This document shows, one piece after another, positions 9,610 to 19,137 of a stretch of 64,000 bases of DNA. A program made the translations under genes and the position numbers. A model generated the notes under the pieces. The model had not been told where the DNA came from. It did no database searches and saw only the letters and a program-made list of their open reading frames with translations. Position 1 is the first letter of the stretch. Every line of letters begins with the position of its first letter. Origin of the DNA: an uncultured Candidatus Pelagibacter sp. (GTDB lineage Bacteria; Pseudomonadota; Alphaproteobacteria; Pelagibacterales; Pelagibacteraceae); assembly GCA_905620465.1 (NCBI GenBank), contig CAJQTO010000020.1, positions 6,275 to 70,274 of the forward strand, in the 5' to 3' direction.

Positions 9610-10016
9610 TAAAAGATAAAACAGGAACTCAACTTAACCAAGCTTATACGAGTGTAGATGACTTCAACACTATAAAATATGTTTTACCCTTGTTAAGAGA
9701 TGAAAAAACTAGAAATAGATTAATTGAAGAGCATAGAGCTTGTCCAGTAGGTAGAGCTCCTCATAAAGGACAGCCGATGGTTGAACATAGTAAAGATTTA
9801 ATAAGAGTTTTAGATAAATTAAGAAGACAACCAATGGCAGGAAAATTACTTACCGTGTGTAAAAAACCTCATGAAGATTATAGAATTGGAATTGCCAGTG
9901 GAGTTAGAGGACAACCAGTTGAAATTTTAGAAGAATCATTTTCATCCGAAGAAGCATGTGAACATGCTATTTTTTTGAAAAGAATTGTGGCACTTTTAGA
10001 AAAGTATGGAGAATAA
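9606..10016 (+). CDS. N,N-dimethylformamidase small (alpha) subunit-like protein
   Basis: LIEEHR..PVG...HSKDL.RVL..LRR...AGK and FSSEEACEHAIF.KR; directly upstream of the large subunit. Confidence 0.7.
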   Translation: MIKDKTGTQLNQAYTSVDDFNTIKYVLPLLRDEKTRNRLIEEHRACPVGRAPHKGQPMVEHSKDLIRVLDKLRRQPMAGKLLTVCKKPHEDYRIGIASGVRGQPVEILEESFSSEEACEHAIFLKRIVALLEKYGE

Positions 10017-10041
10017 TTATTAATTTTATGAGATTTATATT

Positions 10042-12399
10042 ATGTTAAAAATCACTGGCTATAGCGACAAGTATCAAGCTTTTCCTGAGGAAAAAATTAA
10101 ATTTTATGTTAATTCTGAACAAAATGAAAATTATGATGTTCAAATTGTAAGATTAATTCATGGAGACACAAACCCTGAGGGGCCAGGTTATAAAGAAGAA
10201 GAAATAGGTGCCACTTGCAACAAATCTTACCAGGGTAGAAATCAAAAAGTTCACGGGGGCTCTTATGTGATTATTCCACAAGATGGTCGTTTAAATTTAA
10301 AAAGTTTTACCTTGCAAGCCTATATATTTCCAACCACACCAGGCAAGGGGAAACAAGGAATATTAACAAAATGGAATGAAAAAACTAACAGTGGTTATGG
10401 ACTATTTATTGATGAAGAGTCTTGTCTTTCATTATCGATTGGAGATGGAGCGGGACAAGTAATGAAACTTTCTAGTGAAAAAAAATTAATGAGAAAAGTA
10501 TGGTACCTTGTTGCAGCAAGTTACGATGCAGACACTGGTAAGATAAAACTTTATCAAGAACCATGTGTTACGCCAACAAACGCAGGATTAGGAATGTCTA
10601 TGTTACATCCAGCTGATGAAACTACAGCATTTGTTGAGGCTACAAATAATTTAAAACCCAGGGCCAACGATGCTCCTTTTTTAATAGCTGCATCTACTAT
10701 TAATGATCGTTCAGGAAGACATATACATGGAGGTCATTATAAAGAAGCATTAACACCTGTTGAATTACCTGAACAAGGTTTTGTTTATAATGGAAAAATA
10801 GATAGACCGAGAGTAAGTAAAAAAGTTTTATCGAAATCAGAAATTGAATCTTTAGCTAGAGGCTACAGTGGATGTTCAGCAGAACTTAGATCTGAAGTTA
10901 TAGGAGCATGGGATTTTCATGCAAATATAACAAAAAATATTGCTTCAACTCAAATTATTGACACAACATCAAATCACTTAAATGGATTTATTGTAAATTT
11001 ACCAGTAAGAGGAATGACAGGATATAACTGGACTGCAGATGAAATGGTATACCACCATAAGCCAGAGGAATATGGTGCTATTCATTTTCATGATGATGAT
11101 ATTGATGATGCGAGATGGGAAGTCGACTTTACTTTTGAAATTCCCAGTATTATTAAAAGTGGAATTTATGCTGCAAGACTTAGAATTAATGGAGAGGACT
11201 CTCCAGAGACAGAAGACTTTATTCCATTTGTAATAAAACCCCCAAAAGGAAAAGCAACTTCAAAAGTTTTATTTGTACTACCAACAAATAGCTATTTAGC
11301 ATACTCAAATGATAATTTAGCTACAAACTCTGTGGTAGCTGAATTACTAGCAGGAAAAGTTCCAGTTATGTCAGCTGCAGATTTATATCTTAATGAACAT
11401 AGGGAGTATGGTTTATCAACTTATTCAATGCATTCTGATGGAAGTGGAGTCTGTTACTCTTCAAGACTTCGTCCAATACTAAATATGAGACCTAAATATA
11501 GACACTGGTTATCACCATCCTTATGGCAATTAAATGCAGATCTTCATTTAACAGATTGGTTAGAAGAAAAAAATATAGAATTTGATATCATGACCGATGA
11601 AGATTTACATGTCGAGGGTGTTGACTTATTAAATCGTTATCAGGTTGTTTTAACAGGATCACATCCTGAATATAGTTCAGAAAAAATGTTAGCAGCTTAT
11701 GAATCTTATCAATTAAATGGAGGAAGATGGATTTATTTAGGAGCTGATGGATTTTATTGGATTAGTGAATATCATCCTGACAATTTAAATATTATCGAAG
11801 TTAGAAAAGGTGAGGCAGGTACAAGAGCATGGACAGCAAACCCTGGAGAATACAATAATGCATTTGATGGTAAATATGGAGGTATGTGGCGAGCACGAGG
11901 AAGAATTCCAAGCAAAGTTTGTGGATTAACGTTTACAGCTTATGGCTTTGACGTTTCTTCATATTATAAAAGAGAGCCAGATAGTAAAAGACCAGAATGC
12001 TCTTGGATTTTTGAGGGTGTTGGTGAAAATGAAGTAATAGGTGATTTTGGATTAGTAGGTGGAGGAGCCGCGGGAGTTGAGCTAGATAGATACGATCTAG
12101 AATTTGGTACACCACACAATGCTTTCTTATTAGCAAGATCTGAAAATCATACAAACTTAATGCTACAAGTAAATGAAGAAATTCATTTTTCAGTGAGAGG
12201 TTATCATGGAGGTGGAACTGAAAACCCAATGGTTAGAGCTGATATGATTTATTATAAAACTCCTAAAGATGGAGCTTTATTTGCTCCAGGATCACTTTCA
12301 TGGTGTGGAAGCTTATCTTATAACGATTATAATAATAATGTCTCAAAAATTTTAGAAAATGCTATTTTAGGATTTTTAAAAGAAGGACCACTTCCTTAA
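10042..12399 (+). CDS. N,N-dimethylformamidase large (beta) subunit family amidohydrolase
   Basis: N-terminal LamG-like domain, YGAIHFHDDD, PTNSYLAYSN, YGLSTYSMHSDG, TGSHPEY, GGGAAGVELD. The Tyr/Tyr/Glu iron-ligand motifs of the family appear intact. Confidence 0.9.
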   Translation: MLKITGYSDKYQAFPEEKIKFYVNSEQNENYDVQIVRLIHGDTNPEGPGYKEEEIGATCNKSYQGRNQKVHGGSYVIIPQDGRLNLKSFTLQAYIFPTTPGKGKQGILTKWNEKTNSGYGLFIDEESCLSLSIGDGAGQVMKLSSEKKLMRKVWYLVAASYDADTGKIKLYQEPCVTPTNAGLGMSMLHPADETTAFVEATNNLKPRANDAPFLIAASTINDRSGRHIHGGHYKEALTPVELPEQGFVYNGKIDRPRVSKKVLSKSEIESLARGYSGCSAELRSEVIGAWDFHANITKNIASTQIIDTTSNHLNGFIVNLPVRGMTGYNWTADEMVYHHKPEEYGAIHFHDDDIDDARWEVDFTFEIPSIIKSGIYAARLRINGEDSPETEDFIPFVIKPPKGKATSKVLFVLPTNSYLAYSNDNLATNSVVAELLAGKVPVMSAADLYLNEHREYGLSTYSMHSDGSGVCYSSRLRPILNMRPKYRHWLSPSLWQLNADLHLTDWLEEKNIEFDIMTDEDLHVEGVDLLNRYQVVLTGSHPEYSSEKMLAAYESYQLNGGRWIYLGADGFYWISEYHPDNLNIIEVRKGEAGTRAWTANPGEYNNAFDGKYGGMWRARGRIPSKVCGLTFTAYGFDVSSYYKREPDSKRPECSWIFEGVGENEVIGDFGLVGGGAAGVELDRYDLEFGTPHNAFLLARSENHTNLMLQVNEEIHFSVRGYHGGGTENPMVRADMIYYKTPKDGALFAPGSLSWCGSLSYNDYNNNVSKILENAILGFLKEGPLP

Positions 12400-12767
12400 T
12401 GAAAAATGATTTAATTAACAGACCAAAAGGTACAGATGGTAAAGCCATACTTGGTTCAGATAACACCACAGCTTTAAATAATCTAGAAAAAGTTGCAATG
12501 AATGATTTAGATAAAGATAAAATAAATGATTTAGCAGAATGTCTTTTTGTTTTAAATAATAAAAGATATGGGCCAATTCCAGGTGCCTACATGGTGATGT
12601 GTACCAAACCAGAAAAAGAATGGTGTGTAGCCCAATTAAATGCAGATAGAGCTAAACCATTTATTTTATATGAAGATAAAGTTTTTACTTCAATTATAGA
12701 AGCACAAAAAGCAGCAGAGAAAATTAAAAAAGATCGAGGTGAATCAGCACCAAGACGTTGCACCTAA
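12399..12767 (+). CDS. Hypothetical protein; C-terminal half resembles the DMFase small subunit
   Basis: MCTKPEKEWCVAQLNADRAKPFILYEDKVFTS aligns with VCKKPHEDYRIGIASGVRGQPVEILEESFSS of 9606..10016; TAATG coupling to the large subunit. Confidence 0.6.
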   Translation: MKNDLINRPKGTDGKAILGSDNTTALNNLEKVAMNDLDKDKINDLAECLFVLNNKRYGPIPGAYMVMCTKPEKEWCVAQLNADRAKPFILYEDKVFTSIIEAQKAAEKIKKDRGESAPRRCT

Positions 12768-12789
12768 ATAGTTTAAAAGAATTCAAAAT

Positions 12790-13068
12790 ATGGCTAAATC
12801 TAAAGTCCTTATAGAAAATGACAAAACTATAGTGACAGAGTGGTCATTCGATGTGGGTGATAGCACCGGTCACCATACTCATAAATATAATTATATAGTT
12901 GTTCCTATGCTTGATGGAGAATTAAAGATAATAGATAATAAAAAAAATGAAACTATTTCAAAGCTCACTAAAGGTGGCGCTTATTATAGAGAAAAAGGTG
13001 TAGAACATAACGTCTTTAATAATAACAGTTATCCTTATTCTTTTATTGAGGTTGAGATAATAAAATAA
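12790..13068 (+). CDS. Small cupin (BauB-like)
   Basis: GDSTGHHTH.YNYIVVP..DG and GVEHNVFN cupin motifs. Confidence 0.8.
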   Translation: MAKSKVLIENDKTIVTEWSFDVGDSTGHHTHKYNYIVVPMLDGELKIIDNKKNETISKLTKGGAYYREKGVEHNVFNNNSYPYSFIEVEIIK

Positions 13069-13072
13069 AATT

Positions 13073-15136
13073 ATGTCTGATAAAGCTCTTTGGTTTGTAA
13101 TATTTTTGCTATTATATGTTTCTTATTGTTTTTTTTGGGGAGTAAGAGGCTCAAGAAACATAGATAATCCAGAAAAATATTATTTAGCTAATAGAAGTGT
13201 TTCAGCGTGGGTTTTTTTTTTTGCAGCAACAGCAGCAACTTTTGCAGGATTAACAACTTTAGCACATACAGGGTTAATTTTTCATGATGGCTTTCAATAC
13301 GTTGGCACATCATTTATAGCAATAACAGTTCCTCTAGGAAGTCTATTTTTTTTCAAGAGACAATGGATGCTTAGTCGAAAATACGGCTACATCACACCTG
13401 GAGAAATGTATTATGATTATTATAAGAGTGATGCTATTCGAATAATTTCAGTTATAGTTACTTTTTTTATAGCAATACCAATATTAGCAGTTCTATTTGG
13501 TGCCACAGGGTTTCTTGTTAGTACATTAACCGAGGGTTATGTTTCTAGAGAATTAAGTATGTGGGTTATTTCTGCTATAGTGTTGTTTTATGTTACAGCA
13601 GGTGGTTTTAAATCAACAGTAAGCGTTGGTGTGGTTCAATCATGGTTATTCATGTTAACTGTTTTAACCTTGGGATTAGTTACTTATTCTTTTATAGGAA
13701 GTTTCGAAATTTTTGGTAATGCTTTATCAAAAATAGCAAGTACTCCAATTAGTGCTTGGGGAAAAACAAATGGATACGGCGGTGGAGATTATAACGGATA
13801 TTTTGCTATGCCAGGTGTTATTCAATGGGTTGCAGGTCTTGGAAAAAATGAAGCAGTAGGAGGACCATGGACTGCAATGATGATTTTTACGTACACACTT
13901 TCTTTTATGGGAATAATTCTCTCTCCTTCTTTTTCTATGTGGAGTTATTCTGTTAAGCACCCAAAAATTTTTTCTTATTACCAAGTTTGGGGTTCTGCTG
14001 CTATAGTTGGAGCTTTATTATTTATTTTTTCAACATTTCAAGGAATAGGTTCAAACCTTTTAGGAGCTAATGCAGAAATAAATAGTCTTGATTTGTCGAT
14101 TAGCAATGTTTTGCCGGAAGTTCCTAGAACTGATCATTCTTTAATTCTTATTCATATTATAGATTTAATAGATGAAAAAGCTTTATGGTTAACAGGTTTA
14201 CTGATGGTAGGTTTAATAGCAGCACTTCAATCAACAGCTGCAGCTTTTTTAATGAGCTCTGGAAGCATTATTACTAGAGATTTATATAAACCATACGTTG
14301 ATAAAAATTTAACATGGGAAAAAGAACGTACAGTAGCTCGTATAATAATGATGTTAATATTTTTAGCTTCACTTTATTTAGCAACATTTGCTAAACCAGC
14401 AATGATTATCTTTAGTGGAATTTCAATTTCTATAGCATTCCAGTTTTTGATTGTTTTGCTTGGGCTTGTCTGGTTTCCATGGATAACAAAAGGAGGAGCA
14501 ATCTTTGGAGTGCTTATGGGAATATTAATTGTCATTTTAACTGAAACTATTGGTCAACAAATTACAGGTAATAGATTACCTTGGGGAAGGTGGCCATTCA
14601 CAATACATTCTGGAGTATGGGGATTAATGTTTAATGTATTTATTTGTTTTTCAATTTCAGCTTTTTCATCCATTACAAAAGTTGATATTTACAGATCTCA
14701 TAGAGAAAAATTTCATGATTTTTTAAATGATCACATGGGCCTTCATCCAAGTAGAACAAAACTTAAATCTTTTGCATATGTTTTAGCTTTAATTTGGCTT
14801 TTTTTTGGTATTGGGCCTGGACAAATACTTGGAAATAGCTTTTTTGGGGAACCTGGGGCAGGCTATGAATTATGGGTTTTAAAAATACCATCTATCTGGG
14901 GTTATCAACTAATATGGTGGTTTTTTGGTATAGGATTAATTTGGTTCTTAGCAAGTAAAATGGATTTATCAACATTACCAAACAAACCAATTCAAGCTAA
15001 TGATCTTTATAAAAAACCTGATGATATTCAAGGAGAGGTTAACTATATAGACAAAATTGGAACTGGTTATGGTTGGATATTAATTCTTATAGGAATGGCT
15101 ATATTTTCAATAATATTTTATATTTATTTAGTATAA
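13073..15136 (+). CDS. Sodium:solute symporter (SSS) family protein
   Basis: YYLANR, ATFAG, GYITPGE, YVTAGG, IAALQSTA, RDLYK; many TM helices plus C-terminal extra helices. Confidence 0.9.
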   Translation: MSDKALWFVIFLLLYVSYCFFWGVRGSRNIDNPEKYYLANRSVSAWVFFFAATAATFAGLTTLAHTGLIFHDGFQYVGTSFIAITVPLGSLFFFKRQWMLSRKYGYITPGEMYYDYYKSDAIRIISVIVTFFIAIPILAVLFGATGFLVSTLTEGYVSRELSMWVISAIVLFYVTAGGFKSTVSVGVVQSWLFMLTVLTLGLVTYSFIGSFEIFGNALSKIASTPISAWGKTNGYGGGDYNGYFAMPGVIQWVAGLGKNEAVGGPWTAMMIFTYTLSFMGIILSPSFSMWSYSVKHPKIFSYYQVWGSAAIVGALLFIFSTFQGIGSNLLGANAEINSLDLSISNVLPEVPRTDHSLILIHIIDLIDEKALWLTGLLMVGLIAALQSTAAAFLMSSGSIITRDLYKPYVDKNLTWEKERTVARIIMMLIFLASLYLATFAKPAMIIFSGISISIAFQFLIVLLGLVWFPWITKGGAIFGVLMGILIVILTETIGQQITGNRLPWGRWPFTIHSGVWGLMFNVFICFSISAFSSITKVDIYRSHREKFHDFLNDHMGLHPSRTKLKSFAYVLALIWLFFGIGPGQILGNSFFGEPGAGYELWVLKIPSIWGYQLIWWFFGIGLIWFLASKMDLSTLPNKPIQANDLYKKPDDIQGEVNYIDKIGTGYGWILILIGMAIFSIIFYIYLV

Positions 15137-15142
15137 TCAATT

Positions 15143-16312
15143 ATGACATTAAACTCATTTCAATTTAATACAACTGCAGGATTAAGATTTGGTAGTGGTT
15201 TAGCAAAAAGCTCCTGTGAAGAAATTTCTAAAAAACTTGGTACACGTATTCTTTTTATAACTGATAAAGGGTTAATGTCTTTAGGGATAACAAAGCCTAC
15301 GATAGATGAACTCAGCAATAGAGGTTCAATAGAAATTTTTGATGATGTTGAGGCGGACCCATCTAAAAAAACACTTTTATCAGCCATAGAAGTTGGAAAA
15401 AAATTTAAAGCAACTGGTGTTATTGGTTTTGGTGGTGGATCATCAATGGATGTTGCTAAACTTGTAGCATTAATATTAGGCTCAAATGAGGATTTAGAGC
15501 AAGCATGGGGTGTAGCTAATGCAAAAGGGCCACGTTTACCATTAGTCTTAGTTCCTACTACAGCAGGAACGGGTTCAGAAGTTACCCCTGTTGCAATCAT
15601 TACTGTAGGTGAAGAAGAAAAAAAAGGAGTTTCATCTTCAATTATTTTACCTGACATAGCTATATTAGATCCAGAACTTACTTTAGGATTGCCAGCAGGA
15701 ACTACTGCCGCAACAGGAATAGATGCTATGGTTCATGCTATCGAAGCTTACGCATCTAAAAGTAAAAATAATAATCCTATTTCAAGAATGATAGCAATTG
15801 AAGCTTTAAAATTACTTGGAGGATCAATAGAAAAATCAGTTTTAGATGGTTCAAATTTAGAAGCGAGAGGTAACATGCTTATTGGAGCAATGCTGGCAGG
15901 AAAAGCTTTTGCAAACTCACCAGTAGCAGCTGTTCATGCATTAGCTTATCCAATTGGTGGAATTTATCATGTCTCACATGGTCTTTCAAATTCTTTAGTT
16001 TTACCTTATGTTCTTAGATTTAACAGCGTAAATCCAAAGGCAGCAAAAGATTATTCAGATCTTGCTCAATATGTATTTCCAGATTTAGATATTAATAAAG
16101 GTACTCAAGCAGTTTGTGCTGAATTCATTGATAAAATAGAAGATTTATCTAAACGTTTAGGTTTACCCCAAAAACTTAGAGAAGTTAATATACCAAAAGA
16201 AGCATGTGAAAAAATGGCAAGTGAAGCAATGAAACAAACAAGATTATTAGTAAACAATCCACGTGAAGTAAATGAGACAGACGCACTTAATATTTATAAG
16301 GCTGCTTGGTAA
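15143..16312 (+). CDS. Iron-containing alcohol dehydrogenase (AttL/BlcB-like)
   Basis: GFGGGSSMDVAK, PTTAGTGSE, GIDAMVHAIE, HALAY...H.SHG. Confidence 0.9.
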   Translation: MTLNSFQFNTTAGLRFGSGLAKSSCEEISKKLGTRILFITDKGLMSLGITKPTIDELSNRGSIEIFDDVEADPSKKTLLSAIEVGKKFKATGVIGFGGGSSMDVAKLVALILGSNEDLEQAWGVANAKGPRLPLVLVPTTAGTGSEVTPVAIITVGEEEKKGVSSSIILPDIAILDPELTLGLPAGTTAATGIDAMVHAIEAYASKSKNNNPISRMIAIEALKLLGGSIEKSVLDGSNLEARGNMLIGAMLAGKAFANSPVAAVHALAYPIGGIYHVSHGLSNSLVLPYVLRFNSVNPKAAKDYSDLAQYVFPDLDINKGTQAVCAEFIDKIEDLSKRLGLPQKLREVNIPKEACEKMASEAMKQTRLLVNNPREVNETDALNIYKAAW

Positions 16313-16320
16313 AAATATTT

Positions 16321-17157
16321 ATGGAACAAAAAGATCAAGATATATTTGAACACACTACAAAGTTTAATACTGGTATACGATTGTATATGTTTCAAACAGG
16401 TACGATTAAAACAAAAGTAAAATTTATAAAAATGAATCAAGGAGAAGAGCCATACGAAATACCAGTACCTTGGTTTTTAATTAAACACCCTCAAGGAGAT
16501 GTCATTATTGACGGTGGAATGCCAATAGAAGCAGCCCTTGATAAACACAAGCACTGGGGTTCAGTGGTTGATGCTTATGATCCAGTTATGAAAGCATCAG
16601 AATGGTGTAGAGATCAGGTAAAAACAGTAAATACAAATCCTGAAGATGTTAAGAATGTTATACAAACTCATCTACACTTAGATCACTCAGGTGCAATAGG
16701 ACACTTCCCGAATGCTACTCATATAACTCAAAGAATAGAATATGATTATGCATTTAATCCTGATTGGTTTTCTCAACCTGCTTACATAAGAGAAGATTTT
16801 GATAAACCCAATATTAGATGGAAGTTCTTACAAGGAAAAAAAACAGATTATCATGATTTATATGGTGATGGAGTTATAAAAATAATATTCACACCAGGTC
16901 ATACGCCTGGTCATCAATCTGTATTGATTAATTTACCAAAAACTGGTCATATGTTATTAACTGGCGACGCTTGTTATACAGGGGATCATTGGTGTGACAA
17001 ATGTTTACCAGGGCTCGTAGCATCAGCCTCTGATGCCGCCGACTCAGTAGCTAAATTAAGAAAAATTGCAAAAGAAACTAATGCAAAAGTTGTTTGGGGA
17101 CATGACCCAGTCACATGGTTAGACTGGAATAAAGCACCGATGTTTTATTACGATTAA
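16321..17157 (+). CDS. AttM/AiiA-family lactonase (metallo-beta-lactamase fold)
   Basis: THLHLDHSG (HxHxDH), TPGHTPGHQS, LTGDACY, GHD. The ATG at 16321 is preferred over the TTG at 16306, which overlaps the ADH. Confidence 0.88.
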   Translation: MEQKDQDIFEHTTKFNTGIRLYMFQTGTIKTKVKFIKMNQGEEPYEIPVPWFLIKHPQGDVIIDGGMPIEAALDKHKHWGSVVDAYDPVMKASEWCRDQVKTVNTNPEDVKNVIQTHLHLDHSGAIGHFPNATHITQRIEYDYAFNPDWFSQPAYIREDFDKPNIRWKFLQGKKTDYHDLYGDGVIKIIFTPGHTPGHQSVLINLPKTGHMLLTGDACYTGDHWCDKCLPGLVASASDAADSVAKLRKIAKETNAKVVWGHDPVTWLDWNKAPMFYYD

Positions 17158-17165
17158 TTCAAAGT

Positions 17166-17765
17166 TTATTTAACCTCTAAAGGAATTGTAGATTTCATAA
17201 AATCTTTTTTTCTAAAATCATTTAACCACTTTATTAATTTGGGACAATCTTTTTCCCATTGGTTGTTAAGTCTAAAATTAGTATATTCAAGTGAGCAAGC
17301 AATAGCTATTTGATCCATAGTTAAATAATTTTCTTCATAATTTTTCCAGTTATTTTCTAGCCATTTAATAGTTCTAGATATTCTAATTTCTTGTTTATTA
17401 ATAAAATTATTACTTTGTTCATTATTTGGTCTAATTTTTTCCATACGTCTTTCTAAAACTGATTCCATCAATCCATTAGCAACAGAAATCATAGAAATAA
17501 TTTTAAAATATTCTTTTTTTGGAAATAGAGTTTTTTTCTTTGAAATTGAATCAAGATAAATACAAATATTATCGCTATCAATAATTGTTAGATCATTAAC
17601 TAATAAAGTCGGTATCTTTCTTAAAGGGTTATGTTTATCTAAAAAATCTGCTTCCTGAACTTTAATTATTTTTTCTTCTAAAGTTATTTCTTGAACTAAA
17701 GATGTTATCTTTGTTTTTCTTCCAAATGGTGAATTTGGACCATTATATAATATTATTTTACTCAA
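17166..17765 (-). CDS. Glutathione S-transferase family protein
   Basis: SPFGRK, NPLRKIPTL, DSDNIC.YLD, DQIAIAC.L.Y. Confidence 0.9.
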   Translation of the reverse strand: MSKIILYNGPNSPFGRKTKITSLVQEITLEEKIIKVQEADFLDKHNPLRKIPTLLVNDLTIIDSDNICIYLDSISKKKTLFPKKEYFKIISMISVANGLMESVLERRMEKIRPNNEQSNNFINKQEIRISRTIKWLENNWKNYEENYLTMDQIAIACSLEYTNFRLNNQWEKDCPKLIKWLNDFRKKDFMKSTIPLEVK

Positions 17766-17976
17766 TGATTATTGCCACAGTTCCAGGATCTACAGCTTCT
17801 TGATCGTTTACAACGTTAACCGCAATAACCTTGCCGTCTACCGGAGAGTTATGGTGAACTTCTGTTTTCATCACCTCCATAATGAAGAGATCATCATCTG
17901 TTTTAACAATATCTCCTACTTTAACCAAAACTTTCCATATATTGCCTGGAACAGTTGTTTTTACCTCAGTTGTCAT
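17758..17976 (-). CDS. Biotin carboxyl carrier protein (stand-alone)
   Basis: PGNIWKVLVKVGD, EVMKTE biotinylation motif, SPVDGKV. Confidence 0.9.
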   Translation of the reverse strand: MTTEVKTTVPGNIWKVLVKVGDIVKTDDDLFIMEVMKTEVHHNSPVDGKVIAVNVVNDQEAVDPGTVAIIIE

Positions 17977-18004
17977 ATCTAAATATTCCTTTCATATTTA
18001 ATTA

Positions 18005-19132
18005 TTAATTAAAAAAACGAATTTTCATATTCTTTAAGCCTTTTTTCTCCATCATTTTTCTTCTAATTTTTTCATTCAACTTATCTTTTTCAAAATCTAT
18101 TATTTTAACAGGAGCAACTTTTTTTATTATTTTTTGATTTTTTGTTAATTGGTCTTTATTAAATAACTCAAGACTTTCTTCGCTACAAATAACTGATTGT
18201 TCAGTTCTAAGCATTTGAGCTTTTTCAACAGAAACTTCTATAAAACTAAAAGTATCCCCAGGTTTAGCTTGTCCCAGTTTCCAAAATGCTGCAGATGGAA
18301 CAGTATAAGGGTTAATAAAACCACCCATACTTGGACCATCATTAACTAATATTATGGGTGTTTGACCGGCAAGATTTATAGCACCAGCTGGATAACCTTG
18401 GTCAATAATATTTGAAGGTTCAGATCCATTTTCAAGACTTTTGTTTGTTGCTTTTTCAGTAAAAGATAATTTAGGACCATCTAGTCTATAACCAGTTCTG
18501 TCACTTTTAGCTTGAAGTTTCCATTTAGAATTTAAAAATATTTTATGTCCTCTTTCATCAATCCAATCATCGTTTGGACCTCGCACAACTTCTATTGACC
18601 ACTTTTTGTCAGTAGACATTATTGGTATTGAGTTTTTTTTAATTTTTCTTTGACTTATAATTTTATTTTCTCTTAAAGGTAAAATTTGTCCATCTTGAAT
18701 TGCTTTTCCATTAATTCCTCCAACACCCGCTTTATGAAAAGTTGATCTTGAACCTAACCATGGTTTATTGTTAATACCCCCTGAAAAAGCAATATATGAT
18801 CTTGCACCTATTGTTGCAAACTGCATTTCTAAAATTTGATTTGCTTTGACGTTTACACTTTCCCATAAAGGAATTATATTTCCATCTAACTTAGGAGACA
18901 TATTTGCACCTGTGATTGCTATTATTCTATCATTTTTAAATTTAAGGGTAGGACCCATGAATTGACATTCTAACGCTGCTTCACCAACATTATTCCCTAC
19001 TAATATATTTGCCAGTCTAAAAGACCAACTATCCATAGGACCTGAGGCTGGAAATCCTTGATTTAAACTTCCAATTCTACCAGGATAATCTTGAACTGAT
19101 GTTTCTAATCCTTTCTTAATTACTTCTATCAT
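18005..19132 (-). CDS. pxpC: 5-oxoprolinase subunit C / urea carboxylase carboxyltransferase (AHS2) with C-terminal extension
   Basis: TSVQDYPGR, SGPMD, N.LVGN, GARSYIA..GG, LGSRST, SDRTGYRL, DGPSMGGF, QAKPGD. Confidence 0.82.
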   Translation of the reverse strand: MIEVIKKGLETSVQDYPGRIGSLNQGFPASGPMDSWSFRLANILVGNNVGEAALECQFMGPTLKFKNDRIIAITGANMSPKLDGNIIPLWESVNVKANQILEMQFATIGARSYIAFSGGINNKPWLGSRSTFHKAGVGGINGKAIQDGQILPLRENKIISQRKIKKNSIPIMSTDKKWSIEVVRGPNDDWIDERGHKIFLNSKWKLQAKSDRTGYRLDGPKLSFTEKATNKSLENGSEPSNIIDQGYPAGAINLAGQTPIILVNDGPSMGGFINPYTVPSAAFWKLGQAKPGDTFSFIEVSVEKAQMLRTEQSVICSEESLELFNKDQLTKNQKIIKKVAPVKIIDFEKDKLNEKIRRKMMEKKGLKNMKIRFFN

Positions 19133-19137
19133 AATAT

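Noticed and set aside
12790-13068. Cupin as a DMSP lyase (DddK/DddW-like)
   Set aside because: It is only 92 aa and has HTH.YNY instead of the HxHxxxE metal motif; it looks more like BauB-type small cupins.
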